Shown here one piece after another: positions 40,601-48,862 of a DNA stretch of 64,000 nucleotides. The DNA is from a virus (taxonomy: Duplodnaviria; Caudoviricetes), in IMG/VR virus record IMGVR_UViG_3300015608_002132, positions 49,039 to 113,038 of that record; one strand, 5' to 3'. Under the pieces are notes generated by a model. It made no database searches. It was not told the DNA's origin and saw only the letters and a program-made list of their open reading frames with translations. A program made the position numbers and the translations under genes. Numbering within the stretch: the first letter of the stretch is position 1; the number at the start of each line of letters is the position of its first letter.

Positions 40601-40732
40601 TCAACAACATCCCAGGCAGACCTCGATAACAAGACGATCCGTGGGAAGATTTTCATCGTCCCAACGACAACGATCGAGTTCGTTGGTATCGACTTCGTCG
40701 TGACCAACCGCGATAACTTCGTAACAGGTTGA
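37694..40732 (+). CDS. contractile tail sheath protein 2 (gp18-like)
   Basis: SPGV, KGPAFIPT, NAPAGYTRG, WGQKTL, RVNVRRLL and PTTTIEFVGIDF. Confidence 0.93.
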   Translation: MPIFQSPGVNASEIDSSAPAVRTPSGVPSCVISPTAKGPAFIPTQVTTLSDYASVFGGINSNTPHGYLTAREWFTNTAVPLVQVRVLGAGDGKTRNADGTVTNAGFVVGSQQPVESSDGILGNNQYANSTGVTGSVYFLGCFMSQSAGSTVFSDAGLQSSTTAVPIVRGVLFAPSGVVIRLSSAAQLSHAPDADFVATETAFSGGFTGSVDLGTGNQTFVLILNGHKGTDSRYPNTVTASFDPQAANYFSSVFNTDPLKTQEAGHLLYGHFDIFSSFAVPTGSGVVVAASGSTYGNKQNIAFVVPGSGSGGVHTSNTGSTITPNYEGFRDRYATAVSPWVISQGFGGSYSNLFRFHHLSDGESGNMAVKISILNIQPGTATQPYGVFDVLIRDANDRDESGTMKILEAFTNCSLNPSNPNYIGKKIGTTHNRFEFDASEAEQKIQTTGDYPNRSRYVRVEIAADVDAAELDSSAVPFGFRGPQHLVTAGSSSLYNIKHGDLLNPSFPYFDTGLGNVPLYKAVQPPVPMRLNLKKSAASSGVDTNLFWGVQFQNQVTVSDPNGSSTANDSLSGYTKFYPNFDLSSNVQFAVFDNTGVVDTTSSWVLDSDRFNNNLFSLEKVKVVTGSNALPSVTSTALLSWSYVRSGSIPSDEATKTRALAVSDLDGNASVQALAKFSFYLERGFDGVNVFDANTRYMKNAAAAQEIAQATRGLTDGPTVQGYMKSLGLIADVNDVDVQLLSVPGIRVPYITDNAISTVEQSRFDCFYVMDSEQYDTLGNNITGSYSDVSVTQTALNFVTRGVNSSFAATYFPDVNIRMDNGVVYEKMPPSVAVFGAYGRNDAVAQPFNAPAGYTRGRLGNVTDFAVNLDKRAADTLYVARINPLMSKAGVGPVVWGQKTLLNKESLLNRVNVRRLLIAVRREVRKVGNKFIFEPAREATLKSFNAAVQPILQRYQAAGGVEKYKIAIDTSTTSQADLDNKTIRGKIFIVPTTTIEFVGIDFVVTNRDNFVTG

Positions 40733-40787
40733 TGACTTAACGGTTGTTCCTAGTTAATCAGCACAAGGAGACTAAGAAAGAAACGTC

Positions 40788-41279
40788 ATGGCCCAAACAC
40801 TAACAGTACCCGAAATGCTACCGGCCAACTTCATGCCGAACATGAAGAACCGGTTCATTTTTGCTATTGAAGGCATCGATGCCTTCATGATCAAAACCGC
40901 CGCACGGCCGGAGATTACGACTGAAGAGGTCGTGCTTAACTGGCTGAACTCGACCCGGTACGTGGCCGGAAAGACGACCTTCAACCCGATCTCTGTTACG
41001 CTCTACGACCCAATCTCACCATCTGGTGCGCAACAGGTCATGGAGTGGTCACGCCTCAAGTTCGAGCCAGTGTCTGGCAGGTCTGGTTACCCAGACTTCT
41101 ACAAACGGGACATCCAGCTAAAGATGGTCGACCCGGTGGGCACAGTGGTCCAGCTGTGGGATATCAAGGGTGCTTGGTGCACAAGCGAGAACTTTGGTGA
41201 CTTGTCCATGGACGATGGTGCCGCTGCCGCCGAGATCTCATTGACAATCAGGTTTGATATAGCTGTGCTACAGTATTGA
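40788..41279 (+). CDS. tail tube protein (gp19-like)
   Basis: NRF, RPEIT, YVAGK, TLYDPI, YKRDIQL..DPVG and WDIKGAW, directly after the sheaths. Confidence 0.9.
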   Translation: MAQTLTVPEMLPANFMPNMKNRFIFAIEGIDAFMIKTAARPEITTEEVVLNWLNSTRYVAGKTTFNPISVTLYDPISPSGAQQVMEWSRLKFEPVSGRSGYPDFYKRDIQLKMVDPVGTVVQLWDIKGAWCTSENFGDLSMDDGAAAAEISLTIRFDIAVLQY

Positions 41280-41307
41280 AGTATTTATTAAATAAAATCT
41301 TCTACTG

Positions 41308-41685
41308 TTGACTCTCCAAGGCCCATGTGCTAGCGACAGACACATGAGCAATCACAATCACCACCTCCATCCACAAGCCGTTACCATCGACCTGAACGAG
41401 TTTCAGTTTGAGTCCTTCTCCACGTACGAGATCGTCCTGGAAAAGATTGTCAGACTGGCACGCAAAGCCGCCTGCTTGGCTTTTAACTGCCACTCCTGGG
41501 CCTTGACGATAATTCCCCGCGACGAGTGGGGAGCGGGCTCAATTCGGGCGTATAGGAGCTTTTGTGCCAGGGAATTAACATGCAGCTGTTGTGGCGTTGT
41601 TTCGCACGTGTCAGATGCGCGCATGAGCCAACACGAGCTAGAACAGTACAACTGGTCGACGCTGGTGGCCTACGAGAACCAGTGA
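41308..41685 (+). CDS. hypothetical protein (Cys-containing)
   Basis: Short ORF with CHSW and CSCC; start uncertain (ATG 41344 is possible). Confidence 0.45.
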   Translation: MTLQGPCASDRHMSNHNHHLHPQAVTIDLNEFQFESFSTYEIVLEKIVRLARKAACLAFNCHSWALTIIPRDEWGAGSIRAYRSFCARELTCSCCGVVSHVSDARMSQHELEQYNWSTLVAYENQ

Positions 41686-41756
41686 AGCACGAAACGATCG
41701 ATGTGCGATAGTTATCCTCGCGCAAAACCATCAACAGGAGAGGATAACTTTCATCA

Positions 41757-42737
41757 ATGTCGACAACAAAACCTTCCAAGTCGAGTACCACAGCTGCTAG
41801 CGGCAACAAGGTAAGCCTTGCAGAGATCAGCCGTCGCAACGTCATCAAGCAGCTTAACGAGTCCCTCAGCGAACTTGAAGCTGTATCAAAGTCATTGAAT
41901 GAGTCAGCTAGTCCAATTGGCTCACATGTCAGGGCGTTGACCATTCTGGAACGTTGCAACGGCCTTCTAAACAGGCACACGGGGCATGTTGTGCTCCTGG
42001 AGTTTGTGTCGCGCGAAGACCAGACAAAGTTCAAGGCGTTTAGGAACGCGATCGGCGCGGTCTTGAGTGCTAACAAGGGCAACGAAATTGAACGCTGGAT
42101 GAAGGAAGATCTACAAATCGGTCTTGTTGCCTCTGCGATCGATCGGCTCCAGAAGCTGATGGTCGGTCAGACCGGTGCCAAGCAACAGCCCGGAGTTGCT
42201 CTTACAGGTGATGAACGGACGCGCCGAGCTGTAACAGGTGGTACGATGGCCAGCCGCTCCAGGGCTGGTGGGATGTTCCTTGAGGAACAACTCGGACATA
42301 TTGATAATACCGAGCAACTGATCAACGTTGTCTCGGACCGACTCGGTCAGGCCACTGCGTTCTTTCAGGCGTACCAAGAACTGTTCGGGAGTGAAGACAA
42401 GGTTGCAAGCCTCAAGTCCATGATTCAATCAAAGCCGGGGCTTCTTGGTAGGGCTTTTGGTAAAACAGCGCTGTCAACACTCGCTGCAAGACTTAAGAAG
42501 TTGTTCCGGCCCGTTCGCGGCTTTGACGCGGACGTGTTTGCCGCAGAGCTGACGCCGGAAGTGATCGCCGCAAACGAGCGGGTGCAGGCGAACGTGTTTA
42601 GCGCGCTCGGTGACGTACCAGAGATTGCACGCACCGCACAGAAAAACCTCAAGGCCAGCTTGGGCCAACGGCTTTCCGGCTTCTTTGCTGGCCAGAGCGC
42701 AGGCGGTGGACCGCTTGGCGCCCCACCTCGCGGCTGA
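41757..42737 (+). CDS. hypothetical protein
   Basis: Preceded by TAGTTA at 41709 and AGGAGAGG. Confidence 0.7.
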   Translation: MSTTKPSKSSTTAASGNKVSLAEISRRNVIKQLNESLSELEAVSKSLNESASPIGSHVRALTILERCNGLLNRHTGHVVLLEFVSREDQTKFKAFRNAIGAVLSANKGNEIERWMKEDLQIGLVASAIDRLQKLMVGQTGAKQQPGVALTGDERTRRAVTGGTMASRSRAGGMFLEEQLGHIDNTEQLINVVSDRLGQATAFFQAYQELFGSEDKVASLKSMIQSKPGLLGRAFGKTALSTLAARLKKLFRPVRGFDADVFAAELTPEVIAANERVQANVFSALGDVPEIARTAQKNLKASLGQRLSGFFAGQSAGGGPLGAPPRG

Positions 42738-42812
42738 GCGCGCCTTCGCATTAAATCACTTTACACTTCAAGTCTGACGTGTTATGGATCATTATAGCAA
42801 TGAGGTCGTAAC

Positions 42813-43688
42813 ATGCCATCTCCGCCATCAATAGCAAACAACACACCAAAGCTGCCGGTCTTTTACAACGACAACCAGACAGTACGAGACAACGTCTCAT
42901 TTTCTCAGAGTGCCAGGAAGCCAGAGCAGTTCGTAGCTCGTCACCGAGACAACTCCAAGGTGGAGATCATCAGTGACTGGCAACCGTTAACACCTGATGA
43001 ATTGGCGTCAGTGCATGACCCTGCGCACGTCAATGCCGTCTTGGCTGGCACGGCCAGGAATGGGTTTGGCAACACGCTGGCCTCGGTCGCCGCTAGTCTG
43101 CCTTGGACAAACGGCAGCTTCTACCGCGCAGCCCAGCATGCCTTCAAGCATCGCACAGTGGCCATGTCTCCAACGTCCGGCTTTCATCACGCCGGATATA
43201 GGACATCGGAGGGTTTCTGCACGTTCAACGGGCTCATGGTTGCCGCGGCACTGTTGCATAAGAACGAGGGCGTCAGACGCGTCGGTATCATCGATTTCGA
43301 TGCGCATTATGGCAATGGCACCGACGACATCATCGACACGCTCAAGATCGACTACATCGAACATGAGTCTTTTGGTGCGTATGCCGGGCCTAAGATGGTG
43401 TTTTATTTCTGGCTCGTCGAGCTGGAGAACCGACTGATGGACAAGTTTAAGAACTGCGACATCTTGTTCTATCAGGCTGGTGCCGACCCACACATCAACG
43501 ATATTCTTGGTGGGTTTCTGACCACCTTACAGATGGAACTCAGAGACCGGATCGTGTTTATGGTCGCCAAGCGGCTGAACCTCCCGATCGTCTGGAACTT
43601 GGCCGGTGGTTACCAGAGCCCGTTCGAGGATACCATGCGCCTGCATGATAACACGATGGACGCTTGCCTCATGACGTTCTATCGCTGA
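42813..43688 (+). CDS. Zn-dependent histone deacetylase-family amidohydrolase
   Basis: SGFHHA, GFCTFN, IIDFDAHYGNGT, YQAGADPH and LAGGY. Confidence 0.93.
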   Translation: MPSPPSIANNTPKLPVFYNDNQTVRDNVSFSQSARKPEQFVARHRDNSKVEIISDWQPLTPDELASVHDPAHVNAVLAGTARNGFGNTLASVAASLPWTNGSFYRAAQHAFKHRTVAMSPTSGFHHAGYRTSEGFCTFNGLMVAAALLHKNEGVRRVGIIDFDAHYGNGTDDIIDTLKIDYIEHESFGAYAGPKMVFYFWLVELENRLMDKFKNCDILFYQAGADPHINDILGGFLTTLQMELRDRIVFMVAKRLNLPIVWNLAGGYQSPFEDTMRLHDNTMDACLMTFYR

Positions 43689-43745
43689 TATTGTTCCGTA
43701 TCGACAAGGGCCTAGTTAATCCAAACACTGGATTGCACTAGAGCC

Positions 43746-44099
43746 ATGTCGATAACCAAAAATTCCAACAACAAGTCAAAGCCTATCACCAGAGCACGGC
43801 AGCTTGGTCAGGTCAAACAGGCAATTAAAGAGGCCGTTGACCTGAACGCTGTCATGCTAACCGCTGGTGACCGCGGCGAACTCAGTGAGTACAACAAGAA
43901 AATTGAGACCTTCCTGAATGAAACGTTCAAGCAGGCAGATGAGCTAGCCGAGGAGGGCGAAACACTTTTGCGGGAAAACTTCCTGCATAGCCCGGTAGCC
44001 GAGGAGCGCAAGCGCATCGTCACCGTGATGATCGGATACTTGCGCGAAACAAGGAACAGCATCGGCAATGTCCTGCGCCTCAGGTACCTGATTGGCTAA
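43746..44099 (+). CDS. hypothetical protein
   Basis: TAGTTA upstream at 43713; contains a KQAIKEA motif. Confidence 0.65.
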   Translation: MSITKNSNNKSKPITRARQLGQVKQAIKEAVDLNAVMLTAGDRGELSEYNKKIETFLNETFKQADELAEEGETLLRENFLHSPVAEERKRIVTVMIGYLRETRNSIGNVLRLRYLIG

Positions 44100-44109
44100 T
44101 TGTCACCGG

Positions 44110-44138
44110 TCGACAACTATTAACTGTTGTGCTATGTT
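44110..44138 (+). promoter_or_regulatory. sigma70-like promoter (extended -10)
   Basis: TCGACA-N17-TATGTT with TGn before the -10. Confidence 0.45.
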
Positions 44139-44149
44139 GTTGATGTATT

Positions 44150-44440
44150 ATGTCGGACGACCACAACATACAATTCGAGGACGACGACGTCGTCATACGA
44201 AGCTGTCTAGGAAAGCTGTATCAAAAATCGAACAGCCCTGTCTGGGGCGACAGCCCAGATGACCGCCTTTACATGTTCGTCGCATATGAACTCACCCGTG
44301 ATGCTTATCACTACCAACAGGATAAACCGGGGCGAATGTACATAACAACGAGCATATGCAGCGATGGTATGCTGTATCGGTGGGCTCTGTCAGCCAAATC
44401 ATTCATTAATGGCTATCTCGTAGAGGTCAGGCAGCCATGA
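44150..44440 (+). CDS. hypothetical protein
   Basis: ORF downstream of the putative promoter. Confidence 0.55.
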   Translation: MSDDHNIQFEDDDVVIRSCLGKLYQKSNSPVWGDSPDDRLYMFVAYELTRDAYHYQQDKPGRMYITTSICSDGMLYRWALSAKSFINGYLVEVRQP

Positions 44441-44532
44441 TTCATCCATCGCTTGTGATTGTGCCAGCACTCATGTCACTGGCGCTGTTAGTCGGTACGC
44501 TCTCAATTGGACGTGTGCGCAACAAACGCTAG
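44437..44532 (+). CDS. 31-aa single-TM microprotein
   Basis: ATGA overlap with the upstream stop; translates to MIHPSLVIVPALMSLALLVGTLSIGRVRNKR. Confidence 0.45.
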   Translation: MIHPSLVIVPALMSLALLVGTLSIGRVRNKR

Positions 44533-44546
44533 TTAACAGCAATCCT

Positions 44547-44858
44547 ATGTCCACAATGAATAAACGGTTCGCTAGCGGGTACGGCAACTCAAACGAAATG
44601 AGTGACGCGTCAGTGTCAGAGCTGCGTCAGATGTACGTGAAGAGATATCCGAACTTCTTCAAGCGCGATGACGTGCGCGATGACTTTGTGGCCATCCAGC
44701 GTGAGCTACGTTCGCTTGTACCGACAGCTCGTGTCATCAAGGAAGACCTGGATACTCTTGATGCGCGGGTGCAGTTTGACGTACCAAAGGTCGATGAGGT
44801 CTTGCTGGAGAAGGTACTGGCCAAACGCGGCTATGTTCCGATGATCCGTCGCCAATAA
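44547..44858 (+). CDS. hypothetical protein
   Basis: TAGTTA at 44530. Confidence 0.6.
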   Translation: MSTMNKRFASGYGNSNEMSDASVSELRQMYVKRYPNFFKRDDVRDDFVAIQRELRSLVPTARVIKEDLDTLDARVQFDVPKVDEVLLEKVLAKRGYVPMIRRQ

Positions 44859-44896
44859 GCACTAACGTAGTTACAATGTGGAGCAGTAGCATCCAC

Positions 44897-45886
44897 ATGT
44901 CAAATTTTCAATCAGACGACGGCAGCCAGCAGTTCTTTGATACGTTGCTAGAACAACGTATGCGCGTAGCCAAGGCTCACCAGCAACGGCGCAGCCCAGC
45001 GCCACAACAACACCAGCAACGCGGCAGGCCCGGTTATGACCCGTACCTAGACCGCCGCGTCACCACCCCGGCCCAGCACCAACAACAGACCATCTCGGAA
45101 GTACACGACCCTTACGCTAAGAGCGTGATCGAAAAGTACCAGTCGCAGCCGCATTACGGTCCGGCCCACGCTGGCCTGTCAACCAACAGGGAAGTGGCAT
45201 CGAATTACGAGGTCGAAGTTGACATGGCCGCGATGCAACGGCAAATACTTCAACGCCAAATGGAGATGCAACGATCAAACGGGAACGTCGGTATGTCGGT
45301 AGACGAGGAGCTCGCCAAGCTCCCAGCACATCTCCGCGCACAGTTCGCCTCGTTGGCTGGCGGTGAGATACCAGCGTTCATGCAACCACAACGGCAACAG
45401 CCACAGCAGCAGTTCCTACCAGGGCAGCAACAACAGCCTCAATACCAACAGCCACAGCAGCAAATGACGCAAGGCCACGTCACGTTGATGGAAGGCCACC
45501 CGGTCTATAGGGCGATCGAAGCGAATGGTTTTGGTGGGACGGTTATTTTGGCCAGGGAGATTGGCGTTGTCAACGCCAACATTGCGCAGGTGCCAATGGT
45601 CCTAGGATCGCAAGCCGCGGTTGGTGTCTATGTGATCCCGCAACATCAAACAACGGTTAATCTCCAGGAGATCCAAAGTAACCCGTCAATGCTTAAACGA
45701 TTGGTAATCGTCAAGCCACCTCCAATGGCTGGTATTGGTGCCAGCTTGCTTGTTATGCCAGAATCGATCAGGGCAAGCGGTGTCAATGGTGGTCGACAGG
45801 TAATAACTGATGCAAGACAGCGCATGGTTCCGCAACACTACAACAACCAAACACCACCCGGCGCGCGCACAATCCTCAGAGGATGA
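44897..45886 (+). CDS. Gln-rich hypothetical protein
   Basis: PolyQ/P tracts; TAGTTA at 44868. Confidence 0.7.
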   Translation: MSNFQSDDGSQQFFDTLLEQRMRVAKAHQQRRSPAPQQHQQRGRPGYDPYLDRRVTTPAQHQQQTISEVHDPYAKSVIEKYQSQPHYGPAHAGLSTNREVASNYEVEVDMAAMQRQILQRQMEMQRSNGNVGMSVDEELAKLPAHLRAQFASLAGGEIPAFMQPQRQQPQQQFLPGQQQQPQYQQPQQQMTQGHVTLMEGHPVYRAIEANGFGGTVILAREIGVVNANIAQVPMVLGSQAAVGVYVIPQHQTTVNLQEIQSNPSMLKRLVIVKPPPMAGIGASLLVMPESIRASGVNGGRQVITDARQRMVPQHYNNQTPPGARTILRG

Positions 45887-46386
45887 CCGCCGTAGTATTA
45901 AAAACTGACAGCTCGAACACGATCGATCTCGATAACAGCATATCGCTGTCGGCTGATATGACTGTGCGCGTGTTATTGTCAGATGAAGCTGGTTACGGTA
46001 CGTGTTTGCCAGCGGCCGTTGTCGGTGAACGGTCGATCTCGGTTATGTTACCGGACGCGCTAGCGCCGTTTGTACCAGACTTGCCGTACGTGTGTAGGGT
46101 CGAGGTTGTGAGTGATGACCAGCTCTCAGCCCAGGCCATACATGCATGCACAGTAACCGTTGTGCGCGATAGTGTCGTTGAGGAGCACAAGGCCCAGGAG
46201 TTAGCTCGGGAAGAAGACCCGGCAATTGCACTGATCGATCTGGTTATTATGAAGGAAGGCACTCAGTCGAGTGCCACCAGGAAGACTTCAACCGGGCCGA
46301 GTGTTGCTGTCACTCAGCCAACGGTGTCTATAGATGACTTGGTCAGGGAAATTGATAGCTTGTTTGCGACGGTCAGACGTCGTTGA
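45883..46386 (+). CDS. hypothetical protein
   Basis: ATGA overlap with the upstream gene. Confidence 0.6.
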   Translation: MTAVVLKTDSSNTIDLDNSISLSADMTVRVLLSDEAGYGTCLPAAVVGERSISVMLPDALAPFVPDLPYVCRVEVVSDDQLSAQAIHACTVTVVRDSVVEEHKAQELAREEDPAIALIDLVIMKEGTQSSATRKTSTGPSVAVTQPTVSIDDLVREIDSLFATVRRR

Positions 46387-47104
46387 CGATGTCAACCTCA
46401 CGCACTTGTTGAGCGTGAGCAGCTGCGTTGAACGTGAACGTTCGGGTTGGGTTGTCGATGTCAGTGAGCTCCATGATCAGCTTCTCGTTGTCAGTGAACC
46501 GGTACTCGTTCACAACCCAGTCTCCGTTCATGTGTGAGTTGGCCGAGAAAGCCTGAAGCCTGATGACAGTCGCTGAACCGGTCGCTAGCGGGCCTTTGAG
46601 GCTATCAGCCAGCTTCTCGGCCGGGGTGGCCAAGCCGCGTCGAGCCCTGTTTGCAGCGATTGTGCGCTTGCCTGGGTTTGTCGCAGACTTGCCGACAAGG
46701 GCGCGAACGGGCGCAAGCTCCGTGGCAAGGGATCGGATGGTGCTGCCCCTGGTAGCCTTTTGACCGGCCTTGGTGTCATCCGCTTCGCTGGCTGTGCGTT
46801 TGTTGTCGCGGCCTGCGATATCGGCGTACGTCACACTATCAATCTCGATCGAGTCGAAGTATTCGCTGACCGCTGTGCCAATCAGCTTGTCCTTCCCGTC
46901 CACGTAGAAGGAAGTGAGACGCAGGCCGCTGTCCGCGGCTTGAAGCTCAATCACGCGGCTACCACCTCGACCACGACCGGTCTTGGACTCATTGACAAGA
47001 TACTTGCCACTGTACGAAGCGAACGGCTCGCAAAACTTGATGTTTACGATCGAACCCTTGGCTACCTTGTCTTGAAGAAGTGAATGAAGAATGTACTTGT
47101 CCAT
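46373..47104 (-). CDS. hypothetical protein
   Basis: 243-aa ORF with GAGAGG upstream. Confidence 0.65.
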   Translation of the reverse strand: MDKYILHSLLQDKVAKGSIVNIKFCEPFASYSGKYLVNESKTGRGRGGSRVIELQAADSGLRLTSFYVDGKDKLIGTAVSEYFDSIEIDSVTYADIAGRDNKRTASEADDTKAGQKATRGSTIRSLATELAPVRALVGKSATNPGKRTIAANRARRGLATPAEKLADSLKGPLATGSATVIRLQAFSANSHMNGDWVVNEYRFTDNEKLIMELTDIDNPTRTFTFNAAAHAQQVREVDIVNDV

Positions 47105-47150
47105 GCTGTGTTGTTGTCCTCTCGTCGTTTAGCTTGCCTGTAGTACAGGC

Positions 47151-47495
47151 TCAACTCGCGGCGTATACCTTCTGGTAAGACCGCGATGTAAGTCGTGGAT
47201 GGCCGACATTGATGTTCGTTGCCATTGTGGCCTCATGGCTACTAACCCACACGGGGCTGCCAAGTACCTTGTAGTACGTCAGGCCGGTAGGCGAGAGCAT
47301 GACCTTTGAGACTGCAAGCTCGGTGCCAGCCGCAAACGCAACGTTGTGATAGTTGGACGTTACGTCCAGCTTGATCATGACCTTGCCGATCTCTTGGTCC
47401 GGCTCACGTGGGACCTGGAATCTCTTTGGGCGCTGGTATGCCATGTGCTTGTAGCTGCTCCTGCGCGGTGATGTCTTCGCCGCGATACAAAACAC
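47151..47495 (-). CDS. hypothetical protein
   Basis: Co-oriented ORF; start uncertain. Confidence 0.45.
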   Translation of the reverse strand: MFCIAAKTSPRRSSYKHMAYQRPKRFQVPREPDQEIGKVMIKLDVTSNYHNVAFAAGTELAVSKVMLSPTGLTYYKVLGSPVWVSSHEATMATNINVGHPRLTSRSYQKVYAAS

Positions 47496-47520
47496 AAGCT
47501 AACAGGCTGTCGTCGCGAAG

Positions 47521-47802
47521 TCAAGGAATTATGACGTAGTAGTCGTCGCTACCCGGAGGCATGACCGGTGTCAGTGTAACGCTGCCGGTAATTTCATCAA
47601 AAGTCAATTGGAAATTGAGATACCATACAGGATCTCCACTAATGTATTTCATATCTTCGACTATTGATTTGAGATGTGCCAGCATTGAATGTTCAAGGCA
47701 TTGAGTCATGTGTTCATAAACATATACTTCTGACAATTTATCGATAAGATATGTTGCTGCAATTGTAATATCATCTTCTTTAAGAAATACTTTTCTGCTC
47801 AT
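47521..47802 (-). CDS. AT-rich hypothetical protein
   Basis: 93-aa ORF with markedly lower GC than its flanks. Confidence 0.6.
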   Translation of the reverse strand: MSRKVFLKEDDITIAATYLIDKLSEVYVYEHMTQCLEHSMLAHLKSIVEDMKYISGDPVWYLNFQLTFDEITGSVTLTPVMPPGSDDYYVIIP

Positions 47803-47828
47803 TTGTCACTCTACTTTGCCATGGTGAA

Positions 47829-47857
47829 ATCTTAGACCGATCGGGTCGTCAAGTCAA
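47829..47857 (-). promoter_or_regulatory. sigma70-like promoter
   Basis: Minus strand reads TTGACT-N17-TAAGAT. Confidence 0.55.
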
Positions 47858-48048
47858 CGTCGGGCGCCGGTGGCTATTACAACCGTGCCCAGCAAGGCGC
47901 CTAGGAGTTTATCCTGTGCCACCAAACACGCCGGGTGCGTAATGACACGTTCGGGCAATTTGCTGCCCCGTATAAGGCGCCTATTGGATCGTCACATGAA
48001 GTGCTGGTAAACTGTTGACTCGACAATAACCTACCAGTCGGTATGTCA

Positions 48049-48091
48049 TATGGTTGAGCTAGTGGAACATAACCAAGAAGAGGGGGAAGGG
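48049..48091. repeat. 43-bp dispersed repeat, copy 2
   Basis: Identical to 6641..6683. Confidence 0.95.
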
Positions 48092-48130
48092 CAAGGATTA
48101 AAACCAAGCAGGTTACTTAATCTCCAACAC

Positions 48131-48847
48131 ATGCACACACATGCTTTAAGCGAAGGTATCTTCGATTCAATTGTGTCCAGACTTAGCACCAAGCAGGCCA
48201 TTACCATTCCACGTGGTAATCAGCAAGCAATAAAGACACCGATTCCCGGTAGCAGGCAAGACCGAGCCATGTCGATGCAGCGGATGGCAGGGAGCGTTGG
48301 TCAAGATACGACTGATTCGATTGCACACAGGCAGGCCATGAGCGGCGTTATCGCGGTCGTGTTGGAGCGCCCGGAGATCATAAAGCGAGTCTGGGGTATC
48401 TCGGACCCGGCACAGCAAAAACAGTTGTTCGTTGGTGCGTACGACCCAACTACAAGACAACAATCAATCGCGCGAATACTCAGAGGATTTAGGTCGCTGT
48501 TTTGTGGTGAAAGCAATCTACAGGCTAGCGAATGGATCAAAGTGTTAAACATTGCCGACCAGCTTTCCAGAGACGGTTTAATCAATAGCTCTGTTGTTGA
48601 TAGCCTATCAAAACTGTACAAGTTTCATATCAATGGCCAGAGCACACCAGAGATCCGGCAGTCTATTCAGCGATACTGTGTTTCAGAGGGGGCGATCACC
48701 ATTGAAGGCTTGTTGTATGGTTGGCCACTAAAAGAGTCCGGGCCTTCTGGCCAGGGCCTTGGGTCGTATGACGAGAGGATGGACGTACCAACTTCACTAG
48801 ACTCGCTAGATGATGGCAATACAACTGGCATCCCCGATCGCAGCTAA
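48131..48847 (+). CDS. hypothetical protein
   Basis: TACTTA at 48114 favours ATG 48131 over 48050. Confidence 0.65.
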   Translation: MHTHALSEGIFDSIVSRLSTKQAITIPRGNQQAIKTPIPGSRQDRAMSMQRMAGSVGQDTTDSIAHRQAMSGVIAVVLERPEIIKRVWGISDPAQQKQLFVGAYDPTTRQQSIARILRGFRSLFCGESNLQASEWIKVLNIADQLSRDGLINSSVVDSLSKLYKFHINGQSTPEIRQSIQRYCVSEGAITIEGLLYGWPLKESGPSGQGLGSYDERMDVPTSLDSLDDGNTTGIPDRS

Positions 48848-48862
48848 TTACCGTAGAACACC

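Noticed and set aside
6641-48091. 43-bp repeat as a CRISPR repeat
   Set aside because: The copies are 41 kb apart, there are no spacers or regular array, and no cas genes are visible.
48050-48130. N-terminal extension MVELVEHNQEE of the 48050 ORF
   Set aside because: It is simply the repeat read in frame, and the late motif at 48114 points to ATG 48131.
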